64,000 nt of DNA from an uncultured bacterium. GTDB taxonomy: Bacteria > Omnitrophota > Gorgyraeia > Duberdicusellales > CBEUCJ01. The notes below the pieces were generated by a model, which had not been told where the DNA came from, ran no database searches, and was given only the letters and a program-made list of their open reading frames with translations. The DNA lies in NCBI GenBank assembly GCA_965541615.1, contig CBEUCJ010000004.1, positions 21,167 through 85,166 of the forward strand. The letters run 5' to 3'. Of this stretch, positions 20,121-29,211 are shown piece by piece. A program made the translations under genes and the position numbers. Numbering within the stretch: the stretch's first letter is position 1; each line of letters starts with the position of its first letter.

Positions 20121-20479
20121 TGAGGATAATTTTAGCTTCAAAAATAAGTATAGCTACAGTAACTAGTAAAGAGTTATTTTACGAAGGAAGCATTACAATA
20201 GATAAAGAGATTATAGAGAAAGCAGATTTAAAACCAGGAGAAAAAGTAGAAGTTTTAAATTTAAATAATGGTGCAAGGATTCAGACCTATGTAATAGAAG
20301 GAGAAAGAAATTCAGGCATAATCTGTTTAAATGGACCTGCTGCCAGATTCTTTGAGGTGGGAGATAAGGTAATAATTCTGTGTTATAGATTAGTAGATGA
20401 GTCTGAAGTTCAAAATCACAAAGTTAGGTTTGTAAAGTTAGATGAAAAAAATAGAGTTATCTCTACAACTTTACGGTAG
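20117..20479 (+). CDS. panD: Aspartate 1-decarboxylase
   Basis: Canonical PanD sequence (…ASKISIATVT…GSITID…). Confidence 0.9.
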   Translation: MMRIILASKISIATVTSKELFYEGSITIDKEIIEKADLKPGEKVEVLNLNNGARIQTYVIEGERNSGIICLNGPAARFFEVGDKVIILCYRLVDESEVQNHKVRFVKLDEKNRVISTTLR

Positions 20480-20975
20480 TTCTGTTTTAAGGAAGAAAGC
20501 TAAAGAAGTAGATATAATAGATTCTGAAATAGAAAGTTATTTGGATGAGATGCTTAAGATTATGTACAAATATAATGGAATAGGTTTAGCTGCAAATCAG
20601 GCAGGTTTATTAAAAAAATTGGTAGTAATAGATTTGGGAAGATCACCTTTAAAATTAATTAACCCTAGGATAGTTAAAAGAAGTGGAAAAGTTGAATTTG
20701 AAGAAGGATGTCTAAGTCTACCAGGTTTAAGGGTAAAAGTGAGAAGATCAGCTGAAGTAACAGTAGAAGCTTTAGATACAAAAGGACATCCTTTGAAGAT
20801 TTCAGCTCAAGGATTATTAGCTATATGCCTTCAGCATGAGATAGACCATTTAGAAGGAAGGTTGATTTTGGATTATTTGCCTTTCATTAAAAGAGCAAGA
20901 GAAAAAAGGAAATTGATGGAGGTGGTAAAGAATGTCAAATTGTCCCAACAGGGAGAAAAATTTGAAAAGATGTAA
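20442..20975 (+). CDS. def: Peptide deformylase
   Basis: Motifs [24 protein letters not shown]; exact start uncertain (overlaps panD). Confidence 0.85.
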   Translation: MKKIELSLQLYGSSVLRKKAKEVDIIDSEIESYLDEMLKIMYKYNGIGLAANQAGLLKKLVVIDLGRSPLKLINPRIVKRSGKVEFEEGCLSLPGLRVKVRRSAEVTVEALDTKGHPLKISAQGLLAICLQHEIDHLEGRLILDYLPFIKRAREKRKLMEVVKNVKLSQQGEKFEKM

Positions 20976-21144
20976 TTGTTCTTATGAACCTTGTGATAAA
21001 AAAGGTATCTGTTGTGAGTGTTTAAGATATCATTTAAAAAGAGGAGAGTTACCTGCCTGTTTTTTTCCTCCAGAGGTAGAAAAGACATACGATAGAAGTA
21101 TTCAAAGATTTTTATCTATTCATAAAGAAAATTTTTCTTCTTAA
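20932..21144 (+). CDS. Small cysteine-rich protein (CxC/CC cluster), unknown function
   Basis: Strong RBS GGAGGTGG 8 nt upstream; 9 Cys in first 45 aa. Confidence 0.45.
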   Translation: MSNCPNREKNLKRCNCSYEPCDKKGICCECLRYHLKRGELPACFFPPEVEKTYDRSIQRFLSIHKENFSS

Positions 21145-21151
21145 AAACAAG

Positions 21152-22048
21152 ATGCCAGAATTAATAATTATAGGAGCAGGAGTAGCAGGTATTAGCTGTG
21201 CTATATACGCAAAAAGAGCTAATTTAGATTTTTTAATATTTGAAAAAGGACTTGTAGGTGGTCAACTAAATTTAATCCCCAAAATAGATAATTTCCCGGG
21301 TTTTAAAGAGATTTCTGGACATCAATTAATAGAAAGATTGAAAGAACATTTAAAAGCTTTAGATATTAAGATCAATACTGAAGAAGTTAAATCTTTAAAA
21401 AAAGAGAATGAATTTTTTAGAGTAGAGACAGATAAAAAAACATATTTTTCAAAGAGTGTGGTGGTAGCTACGGGTTCTGTAGAAAGAAAATTAGGTATAG
21501 AAGGAGAAGAAGAGTTTTTGGGTAAAGGAGTCTCTTATTGTGCTATTTGTGATGGATACTTTTTTAAAGATAAATATGTGTGTGTTATAGGTGGAGGGAA
21601 TACAGCTTTGGAAAGTGCTTTGTATCTTTCTAATTTAGCTAAAAAAGTTTACATAATCCATCGCCGAGATAGATTCAGAGGGTTTGAGAGTTTAGCCAGA
21701 CAAATTGCTGAAAAAAATAATATTGAAGTAATCTTTAACCATATTCTATTGAAAATAAAAGGAACTCAAGTTGTAGAGAGTGTTTTTATAAAAGATACTC
21801 AAACCCAAAGTGTTAAGGAATTACCTGTAGATGGAGTGTTTGTATGTGTGGGAAGGAAAGGTGTTACTGAATTTATCAACAAAAGTTTAATAGAAACAGA
21901 CCCTTTAGGTTTTATAAAGGAAGCTAAAACATCAGGTTTTTTCTTTTGCGGAGATGTTATTTCAAAGCCTCATAGACAGATAGGTTTAAGTCTTGGTGAA
22001 GGCATACAAGCTTTTTTTAAAGCCTATGAATTTTTGAGAGGTTTTTAA
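21152..22048 (+). CDS. Thioredoxin reductase-like FAD/NAD(P)-dependent disulfide oxidoreductase
   Basis: GAGVAG FAD motif, redox CAICDG, GGGNTA NAD motif. Confidence 0.75.
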   Translation: MPELIIIGAGVAGISCAIYAKRANLDFLIFEKGLVGGQLNLIPKIDNFPGFKEISGHQLIERLKEHLKALDIKINTEEVKSLKKENEFFRVETDKKTYFSKSVVVATGSVERKLGIEGEEEFLGKGVSYCAICDGYFFKDKYVCVIGGGNTALESALYLSNLAKKVYIIHRRDRFRGFESLARQIAEKNNIEVIFNHILLKIKGTQVVESVFIKDTQTQSVKELPVDGVFVCVGRKGVTEFINKSLIETDPLGFIKEAKTSGFFFCGDVISKPHRQIGLSLGEGIQAFFKAYEFLRGF

Positions 22049-22071
22049 AAAGATTAGGTTTTCTTAAAAAA

Positions 22072-23049
22072 GTGTCTTCTTTCTTGAAAAATAAAAAAAA
22101 TTTAATTTTTCTTCTAAGAATAGGTGTAAGTATAAGTGTAATTTTGTTTTTATTTAAAAAAATACATTTTGCGCAGATTTTAGAAATTTTAAAAAAAAGC
22201 AATCTTTTTTTAATTTTGGTCGCCTTTTTATTCTGTATTCTGCTTCATTTTTTAGGAGTACTGAGATGGAAGGTATTAATAAGTTGCAATATGAAAACGA
22301 GTTTTTTTCATTTGGCTTTTCCTTTTTTTAGCGGGTTGTTCTTTAATCTATTTTTTCCTAGTGTTTTAGCAGGAGATCTTTTTAGAGGAGCGATTCTGTT
22401 TAATGAAAAAAGATCTGCTCCTTTTATTCTGACATCTGTTCTTTTAGATAGGATCATTGGTTTTTTAGCATTAGCGAGTGTATGTTTGATATCTTTTTTG
22501 CTTAATCCTAAATTGATGAGAGAAAAAGATGTTTTGGGAATAGTTTTAATATTCTTTTTTGGATTAATATTTACTTTATTGGTTATTTTTTCAAAAAAAG
22601 TTTTAAATATTTTTTCAAAGATATGTAAAAAATTATCTTTTAACTTTGAAAATTGGAAAAAAAGCTTAATTTTTTTTAGAGAAAATCCTAAAGTTATATT
22701 AAAAGCTTTGGGTATTTCTTATTTAATTCAAATAGGAAGCATTTTAAGCATATGGCTTGTTTTTTTATCATTTGGAAAGAGTTTAAATATCTTAGATGTA
22801 TTTACTTTAGGTACTATTTCTACATTTATAAGTCTGTTACCTGTTAGTATAGCAGGTTTGGGGATAAGAGACTTAAGTTTTATATTCTTTTTTTCAAAAG
22901 TAGGTGTTGAGAGTTCAGTTTCTTTTTCAGCATCTCTTTTAATATTCACTTACAATGTAATTATGAGTTTAACAGGAGGTGTTATCTTTGCTTTATTATA
23001 TAATAGATGGTTACAACTTAATAAACAGTTTACCTCTCTTAAAGAATAA
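22072..23049 (+). CDS. Polytopic membrane protein, lysylphosphatidylglycerol-synthase-TM-region-like (UPF0104) family
   Basis: About 8 TM helices, family-like topology; function unknown. Confidence 0.5.
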   Translation: MSSFLKNKKNLIFLLRIGVSISVILFLFKKIHFAQILEILKKSNLFLILVAFLFCILLHFLGVLRWKVLISCNMKTSFFHLAFPFFSGLFFNLFFPSVLAGDLFRGAILFNEKRSAPFILTSVLLDRIIGFLALASVCLISFLLNPKLMREKDVLGIVLIFFFGLIFTLLVIFSKKVLNIFSKICKKLSFNFENWKKSLIFFRENPKVILKALGISYLIQIGSILSIWLVFLSFGKSLNILDVFTLGTISTFISLLPVSIAGLGIRDLSFIFFFSKVGVESSVSFSASLLIFTYNVIMSLTGGVIFALLYNRWLQLNKQFTSLKE

Positions 23050-23467
23050 ATCTTCATTAGAAGAAAAAAGACGCAGTCTCATAAATTTGATATCTAAATA
23101 TAAGCTGACAGGGAGCCCTCATAATAAAGTAATGATAGTCTTTGATGGAAAAGATGAATTTACAAGATTTCAGAAAGTATTTGATTTTGAAGTAGTCTTT
23201 ACAAATAATAAAGAAAAGGCAGATGATTTTATTATAAAAAAAGTAGAGGAATCAAAAAATCCACGCATAATAATTGTAGTTTCAGATGATAGAGAGTTAT
23301 GTTTTAAAGTAAAAAGACGCAGAGCTTTAACTCTTTCTGTAAAAGATTTTTTTGCTCCTTTATTTAGAAAGAATGAAAAAAGAGTTCCTGATAAATTTAT
23401 GTTGAGTCCTAAACAAATAAAGATGATAAATCAGGAATTAAAAAGATTATGGCTCAGAGAAGATTAA
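22979..23467 (+). CDS. NYN-domain (YacP-like) putative RNase
   Basis: N-terminal LYYIIDGYNLIN and …VMIVFDG… acidic residues of NYN fold. Confidence 0.6.
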   Translation: MLSLLYYIIDGYNLINSLPLLKNKSSLEEKRRSLINLISKYKLTGSPHNKVMIVFDGKDEFTRFQKVFDFEVVFTNNKEKADDFIIKKVEESKNPRIIIVVSDDRELCFKVKRRRALTLSVKDFFAPLFRKNEKRVPDKFMLSPKQIKMINQELKRLWLRED

Positions 23468-23480
23468 AATATCCTTTTCT

Positions 23481-23933
23481 ATGATTGAAAAAGTATTTGT
23501 GAGTTCATGTTTGGTAGGGATTAAGACCAGATACAATAAAAAATCTGCTTATAATGAGAAGGTATTAGATTTTTTAAAGGATAAGATAGCAATAATAGGA
23601 TGCCCAGAAGTTTTAGCAGGTTTAAAGATACCTCGCCTTCCTTTAGAGATCAAAGGTAAAGTCCAAGATTTATTGAGAGGAGAAGCCAAAATAATAAACA
23701 AAAGAGGAAAGGACCTTACTCCAAAAATATTTACAGCGTGTTTAGAAATAGTTTTCATTTTGAAAAAATTGAAAGTAAAAACAGCTATCTTAAAGTCTTT
23801 AAGCCCTGTATGTGGGAGTGGTAAAATTTATGATGGGAGTTTTAAAGGTAGAATTATTAAAGGAGATGGATTATTAGCTTACTTATTAAAGAAAAACAAA
23901 ATAAGAGTTATAACAGATGCAGAATTTAGATAG
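23481..23933 (+). CDS. DUF523 family protein (TudS-like Fe-S thiouracil desulfidase family)
   Basis: Conserved Cys pattern SSCLVG…GCPE…C typical of DUF523. Confidence 0.55.
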   Translation: MIEKVFVSSCLVGIKTRYNKKSAYNEKVLDFLKDKIAIIGCPEVLAGLKIPRLPLEIKGKVQDLLRGEAKIINKRGKDLTPKIFTACLEIVFILKKLKVKTAILKSLSPVCGSGKIYDGSFKGRIIKGDGLLAYLLKKNKIRVITDAEFR

Positions 23934-24987
23934 AGCTTTAAAAGTTTTAGGTAGTCTTTCTTATTTTGAATCTACAGGTTACCATCTAAAAAACAGTGAT
24001 TTTTTAGATTTTATTTACCCTGCTAAAGCAGGTTCAAAAATTTTTAGATTATTTAAAATTTTACAGACTAATTTTTGCGAAGGAGATTGTAAGTATTGTA
24101 TTAACAGAAAGTATAGGAACACACAAAGGTATTATCTTTCTCCTAAAAGATTAGCCTCAGTATTTATGGAGTATTATAAAAAAAGAAAAGTAGATGGTCT
24201 ATTTTTATCTTCTGGAGTATTTAAATCTCCAAATTTTATGCAAGAAAAAATGTTAGAGACGATTTTGATATTAAGAAAGAAATTTTTCTATAAAGGCTTT
24301 ATTCATCTTAAAATATTACCAGGAGCAGATTTAGAACTGATAAAGAAATTTATAGGTTTGGTAGATAGAGTTTCTATAAATATAGAAGCTCCTACTCAAA
24401 ATCTGTTTAATACATTGACCTCTACCAAAAATTTTAAAGAAGATATTTTAAAAAGGCTTAAATTCTTATCAGAGTTAAATAAGAAAAAAGTATTCAAAAA
24501 AGGAGTGACTACTCAAATGATAGTTGGAATCTCAAATGAAAAAGACATTAATGTCTTAAAATCAGCTTATTTTCTTTACAAAAATTTCAATTTAAGTAGA
24601 GTCTATTACAGTGGCTTTATTCCTGTAAAAAATACGCCTTTAGAGAATCTTCCTATGTGTTCTTTAAAGAGAGAGTTGAGAATTTATCAAGCAGATATTT
24701 TATTAAGAAAGTATGGTTTTTCTGTTGAGGATTTAGTCTTTGATAAAGAAGGAAATCTTCCTTTACATACAGATCCTAAAACTTTATATGCTTTAAATCA
24801 TCCAGAATTATTTCCTATTAATATTAATAAAGCTAGTTTTAAAGAACTGTTGAAAATCCCTGGAGTAGGACCTATTAGTGCAAAAAGGATTTTATTTTTG
24901 AGAAAAGAAAAAAAGATATCTAAATTGACTGAATTAGAAAAAATAGGAGTAAACCTTAAAAGAGCCAAAGACTATGTTAAGTTCTAA
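23917..24987 (+). CDS. Radical SAM protein with C-terminal helix-hairpin-helix (putative DNA modification/repair radical SAM family)
   Basis: CEGDCKYC (CxxxCxxC) motif; C-terminal IPGVGPISAKRI HhH. Confidence 0.65.
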   Translation: MQNLDRALKVLGSLSYFESTGYHLKNSDFLDFIYPAKAGSKIFRLFKILQTNFCEGDCKYCINRKYRNTQRYYLSPKRLASVFMEYYKKRKVDGLFLSSGVFKSPNFMQEKMLETILILRKKFFYKGFIHLKILPGADLELIKKFIGLVDRVSINIEAPTQNLFNTLTSTKNFKEDILKRLKFLSELNKKKVFKKGVTTQMIVGISNEKDINVLKSAYFLYKNFNLSRVYYSGFIPVKNTPLENLPMCSLKRELRIYQADILLRKYGFSVEDLVFDKEGNLPLHTDPKTLYALNHPELFPININKASFKELLKIPGVGPISAKRILFLRKEKKISKLTELEKIGVNLKRAKDYVKF

Positions 24988-25759
24988 AGACTGGATAAAG
25001 TTTTTAGGGACAGCTGGTGCTAGATTTGTGATGATAAAACAATTAAGATTTTCAGGTGGTATTTGGTTACATCTAAAAGGAAAAAATATTATCTTAGATC
25101 CAGGACCTGGAAGTCTTTTAAGATGTGCAAAATCAAAACCTCCTTTAGATGCCACAAAATTAGATGCTATAATTTTAACTCATAAACATTTAGATCACTC
25201 TTGTGATGTAAACGTAATGATTGAAGCTATGACTGAAGGAGGTTTTAAAAAGAGAGGAGTTCTTTTTTGTCCAAGAGATTGCTTAGATACAGATCCAGTA
25301 GTTTTAAATTATTTGAGACCTCATTTAGAAAAGATAGAGATTTTAGAAGAGAATAAGAGTTTCAGACTTAAAGATTTAGAGTTTTTTTGTCCATTTAGAA
25401 ATATCCACCCTGTAGAGACCTATGGAATAGTATTCAAATTAAATAATATTAAAATTTCTTTTGTTTCAGATACTGCTTTTTGTCCTGAGATCATAGAGAA
25501 ATATAAAGCTGAGGTTATGGTATTAAATGTAGTTTTTTTTAAAAAGAGACCTGAATTTCAGCATTTAAGTTGCGAGGATGCAGAAGAGATTATAAAAAGA
25601 GCAAAACCTAAACTTACAATCTTAACTCACTTTGGTATGACTATGCTAAGAAATAACCCTGAAAAAATAGCCAGAACTTTGTCTCAAGCTACAAATCTGA
25701 AAGTTATAAGTGCTTGGGATGGGATGAGTATAGATTTGGAAAATATAGAAAATATTTAA
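24974..25759 (+). CDS. MBL-fold metallo-hydrolase
   Basis: THKHLDHSCD metal-binding motif. Confidence 0.7.
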   Translation: MLSSKDWIKFLGTAGARFVMIKQLRFSGGIWLHLKGKNIILDPGPGSLLRCAKSKPPLDATKLDAIILTHKHLDHSCDVNVMIEAMTEGGFKKRGVLFCPRDCLDTDPVVLNYLRPHLEKIEILEENKSFRLKDLEFFCPFRNIHPVETYGIVFKLNNIKISFVSDTAFCPEIIEKYKAEVMVLNVVFFKKRPEFQHLSCEDAEEIIKRAKPKLTILTHFGMTMLRNNPEKIARTLSQATNLKVISAWDGMSIDLENIENI

Positions 25760-26130
25760 AAATTATGTGTGCAGATTACAAATTTCAGGAAAAAAGAAGA
25801 TGTGGTAGATGGAAGATAGGAGGTTTAGTTTTTATTAAGAAAGGGGATGAAGAAATAAGAGGATTTTGTGAAGATGTAAGTTTTAAAGGAATTAGAATCA
25901 TTGTGTTTAGAGATTTAGATTTATCAGAAATTTTTGAATTAACATTGACTTTTCCTGAAAGAAGACCTATAAAGACTATATGTAAAGTAATATGGAAAAA
26001 AGAGATTTCAAATAATAAATTGCGAGCAGGTTTATCATTTTTAAAGATCTCAGATGCAGATAAAGAAGAGATATTTGATTATGTGTTAAAGACAGATCCT
26101 CTTCAACTTTCAAATTCCTGGTGGAGGTAA
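25714..26130 (+). CDS. PilZ-domain protein (c-di-GMP receptor-like)
   Basis: RRCGR…(RxxxR) and DVSFKGI (D/NxSxxG) PilZ motifs. Confidence 0.55.
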   Translation: MGWDEYRFGKYRKYLKIMCADYKFQEKRRCGRWKIGGLVFIKKGDEEIRGFCEDVSFKGIRIIVFRDLDLSEIFELTLTFPERRPIKTICKVIWKKEISNNKLRAGLSFLKISDADKEEIFDYVLKTDPLQLSNSWWR

Positions 26131-26136
26131 ATCTTT

Positions 26137-26487
26137 ATGGAAGAAAATTTTTCTGAGATTTGTTTAAAATGTATGAAATGCTGCAAAGGAGAAGGCTTTG
26201 TGTTTTTGAAAGAATCTGAGATTAAACAGATTTCAGATTTTTTAGGTATAAAGCCTGAAGTTTTTTTAGAAAAATTTTGTGAAAATAAAATGGGCAGAGT
26301 AGTTTTAAAATCAAAACCCAATTCAGAATGTATTTTTTTAACCAAGTCAGGATGTAAGATTTATCCTGTAAGACCTGAACAATGCAAAACTTTTCCTTTT
26401 AAATGGAAATATCCAGGAGCAGAATCTGAATGCCTTTTGTTAAGATTGAAATTAGTTTCTCCAGTTGATTCAAACTCAGATTCTTAA
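26137..26487 (+). CDS. YkgJ-family (UPF0153) Cys-cluster zinc/iron-binding protein
   Basis: CLKCMKCCKGEG … C…C pattern of the family. Confidence 0.55.
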   Translation: MEENFSEICLKCMKCCKGEGFVFLKESEIKQISDFLGIKPEVFLEKFCENKMGRVVLKSKPNSECIFLTKSGCKIYPVRPEQCKTFPFKWKYPGAESECLLLRLKLVSPVDSNSDS

Positions 26488-27316
26488 AAAAATAGTTCAG
26501 GTTCCAAAGGATATAATAATCTTAGGAGAAACAGATACTGGCAAAAGCTATTTAGCTTTTGAAATCTTAAAAGTTTTAAAAGAAAGAAATTTAAATTTTG
26601 GATATTTGAATTCAGATGTAGGACAATCTCAAATTGGGGTGCCATCTGTTTTGAGTTCGGTCTACTTTAAAAAGAAGATATTTAAAAAAATTAATCCTGA
26701 GTTAAAAATATTTTTTGGGGATATCACACCTTCTTCTAATATTGAATGGTTTTTATTGTGTTTTTTAAAACTTTACAAAGAATCAAAAAAATTTATGCAA
26801 AATTTAATTATTGACACAACAGGTTTCATAAAGCAACCTGCAGCACATCTTCTAAAATTATTAAAAGTAAATATCCTTGAAGACTGCTACATTATATGCA
26901 TAGGAGAATCAAAGAAATTTGAATTTCTGAATGGAGTTAAAAAAGAAAAGATTTTTTTAAAGCCACATTTTAGAGTTAAGAAAAAAAGTGCCAAAAAAAG
27001 AGAGATATACAGACAATTCAGATTTAAAAATTATTTTAAAAATTTTAAAAAAATTTCTTTAAGATTTAAAACTAAAAAGAAAATAATAGAAAATCAACTT
27101 ATAGGTTTCCAAAATTCAGATGGATTTTTAGAATATTTAGGAGTAGTAGATAAGATTAAGAAAGGTCATTTGGAGATTTTAGTTCCTCATTATTTTGATT
27201 TCAAAAGAATTAACAGTATTATTTTAGGAAATTTAATTTTAGATGTTAAAAAAGGAACTCATCAAAGAATATCTTCTCATTTTATGCCTACAAAGTTACT
27301 TTGTATGATAAAATAA
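26465..27316 (+). CDS. Clp1/Grc3-like P-loop polynucleotide kinase with Lys-rich C-terminal tail
   Basis: GETDTGKSYL Walker A in Clp1-like context, followed by …NSDVGQ…. Confidence 0.5.
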   Translation: MIQTQILKKIVQVPKDIIILGETDTGKSYLAFEILKVLKERNLNFGYLNSDVGQSQIGVPSVLSSVYFKKKIFKKINPELKIFFGDITPSSNIEWFLLCFLKLYKESKKFMQNLIIDTTGFIKQPAAHLLKLLKVNILEDCYIICIGESKKFEFLNGVKKEKIFLKPHFRVKKKSAKKREIYRQFRFKNYFKNFKKISLRFKTKKKIIENQLIGFQNSDGFLEYLGVVDKIKKGHLEILVPHYFDFKRINSIILGNLILDVKKGTHQRISSHFMPTKLLCMIK

Positions 27317-27352
27317 AAAAATGAGATTGATTTGTGAGGTAAAAATTGTGAA

Positions 27353-28198
27353 ATGAATTGTAAAAAAGAATTAGAAACCTTAAAAAAGTATTTCCAAAAA
27401 GAAAATGAAGTAATATTAGCTTTCCTTTTTGGTTCTCATGCAGAGGAGAGAGCGAGAAGCTTTTCTGATTGGGATATAGGAGTTTATTTTAAGCCAAAAG
27501 AATATTTAGAATTAGTTTCATCTTGTAGATACCCAAAAGAAGAAAAAATCTGGTCTGATTTGGTAGAGATATTAAAAACAGATAATATTGATTTTGTAGT
27601 ATTAAACAGAGCCTCTCCTGATTTAGTTTATAAAGTGTTAAAAGATGGGATCCCTTTAACAATTAAAGATGAAAAATTGTATTATGATCTTTTATGTAAA
27701 GCAAGTTATGAATCAATAGATTGGTGGCAATTTGTAGATGAATACTGGAGAATAAGAGAAAATGCAAAGTCTTTGAGTCCTCAGGCAAAAGCGCAGGTTC
27801 AGAAAAGGCTTATTTTTTTAGAAGAACAATTTCAGGATTTTGAATATTTTAAAAAATTAACTTTTTCTGTTTATTCTACAGATAGAAAGGAACGCAGAAA
27901 TGTAGAAAGATGGATAGAGAATTTGGTAATTTCAGCTATAGATATTGCTCAGATTTTTTTAGCTTCAGATAAAAAAGAGATTCCTCAAACTTACAAAGAG
28001 ATTTTAAAAGTATTCACCACTATTTACCTTAACTTTCCTCCTGAATCTGCTGAGAAATTTTCTGATTTTGTAAAATTGAGAAATATAATTACCCATGAAT
28101 ATTTAGATATTAGATGGCAAAAGATAAAAGATTTTATTGACCAAGGCTATTTTTTATATTCCCAGTTTATAGAAAAAGTAAAAGCTAAATTATTGTAA
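27353..28198 (+). CDS. Fused MntA-like nucleotidyltransferase / HepT-like (DUF86) HEPN protein
   Basis: N-terminal LFGSHAEERARSFSDWDIG (NTase GS…D.D); C-terminal RNIITHEY (Rx4HxY HEPN motif). Confidence 0.65.
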   Translation: MNCKKELETLKKYFQKENEVILAFLFGSHAEERARSFSDWDIGVYFKPKEYLELVSSCRYPKEEKIWSDLVEILKTDNIDFVVLNRASPDLVYKVLKDGIPLTIKDEKLYYDLLCKASYESIDWWQFVDEYWRIRENAKSLSPQAKAQVQKRLIFLEEQFQDFEYFKKLTFSVYSTDRKERRNVERWIENLVISAIDIAQIFLASDKKEIPQTYKEILKVFTTIYLNFPPESAEKFSDFVKLRNIITHEYLDIRWQKIKDFIDQGYFLYSQFIEKVKAKLL

Positions 28199-28248
28199 TA
28201 ACCTGTAATTATATAGCACTCTCTTCAGCGAAGCACAGAAAAGTAATT

Positions 28249-28638
28249 TTGAGAAAGTATGGTATAATAGGAAATGTGAAAGAAGAGCAATTGAAAACAA
28301 AAATCATAGAAATTTTTGACAAATATTTAGGAGAAGAATATATATTATTTCTTTTTGGCTCTTCTTCTAAAAAAACTTCTGATATTACTTCAGATATAGA
28401 TTTGGCAGTTTATTGTGATTATACTATTTCTCCTCTTTTAGTTCTTAAAATAAAAGAAGAACTTGAGCATAAACTACATACTCTAAAGGATATAGATTTG
28501 ATAAACCTCACTGATACCACTATAAATAAAAATTTGTTAGAAAGCATCCTAAGGGAGAGCATTTTATGGAAGAAAGGCAAAAATTATCAAGAACTTTTGA
28601 AAAGTTTGAGAGAGCGTTTAGAAAATTTGAAGAGGTAG
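28249..28638 (+). CDS. Minimal nucleotidyltransferase (MNT) antitoxin-like
   Basis: LFGSSS…SDIDLAV NTase motif. Confidence 0.7.
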   Translation: MRKYGIIGNVKEEQLKTKIIEIFDKYLGEEYILFLFGSSSKKTSDITSDIDLAVYCDYTISPLLVLKIKEELEHKLHTLKDIDLINLTDTTINKNLLESILRESILWKKGKNYQELLKSLRERLENLKR

Positions 28639-28994
28639 TAAGATCACCCTATCTTTTTGAGTTTTTAAATGAAGAATTAATAATTGAAATATCTACTAAG
28701 AGATTTGAATATACTTTTGAAAGCCTATGGAAGACATTGAAAGAATTTTTGAGAGTAGAAGGAGTAATTTGTTCTACACCTTTGCAGTGCTTTAAAGAAG
28801 CTTTTAAAAGAGGACTTATAAAAGAAGAAGATGAGAGTATATTTGCTCAAATGATAGAAAAAAGAAATAGGATAGTTCATATATGTGGACTCGAAGAAGC
28901 AAAAGAGATTTATGAATTTATAAAGAAAGAAGAAGTGTATTCTGCTCTCCAGAATATTTATGAGAAACTAAAGGACACAATAAAATCTTCTTAA
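28566..28994 (+). CDS. HEPN-domain protein (HI0074-like NTase substrate-binding), toxin-like partner of preceding MNT
   Basis: RNRIVH (Rx4H) motif; overlaps MNT gene. Confidence 0.7.
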   Translation: MEERQKLSRTFEKFERAFRKFEEVVRSPYLFEFLNEELIIEISTKRFEYTFESLWKTLKEFLRVEGVICSTPLQCFKEAFKRGLIKEEDESIFAQMIEKRNRIVHICGLEEAKEIYEFIKKEEVYSALQNIYEKLKDTIKSS

Positions 28995-29040
28995 TCTAAG
29001 AATTTTGAATATTAAAAAATAGATCAACATTTAGTATTAG

Positions 29041-29060
29041 AAACAATAGCCTATTGTTTT
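29041..29060 (+). terminator. Hairpin AAACAATAG-C-CTATTGTTTT downstream of the HEPN gene (candidate intrinsic terminator)
   Basis: 9-bp inverted repeat ending in T-run, seen directly. Confidence 0.4.
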
Positions 29061-29211
29061 AGCTATATTCTGATAAGTAAGATTCTTTTGAGCAGATAAT
29101 TTTGGTATATAGGCTTTTTAACTTTTTAAATATACTATGTGCCTTTACTTTTCTTGACAATAAAAATAAAAGATTAACAAAAAGATGAAGTAATGTATAA
29201 TAATTTAAATA

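Noticed and set aside
29154-29201. TTGACA at 29154 as -35 for the KS-cluster promoter
   Set aside because: Spacing to the only good -10 (TATAAT 29196) is 36 bp. An alternative TTAACA-16-TATAAT (29174-29201) is possible but would leave a 10-nt leader without an RBS. Too ambiguous to call.
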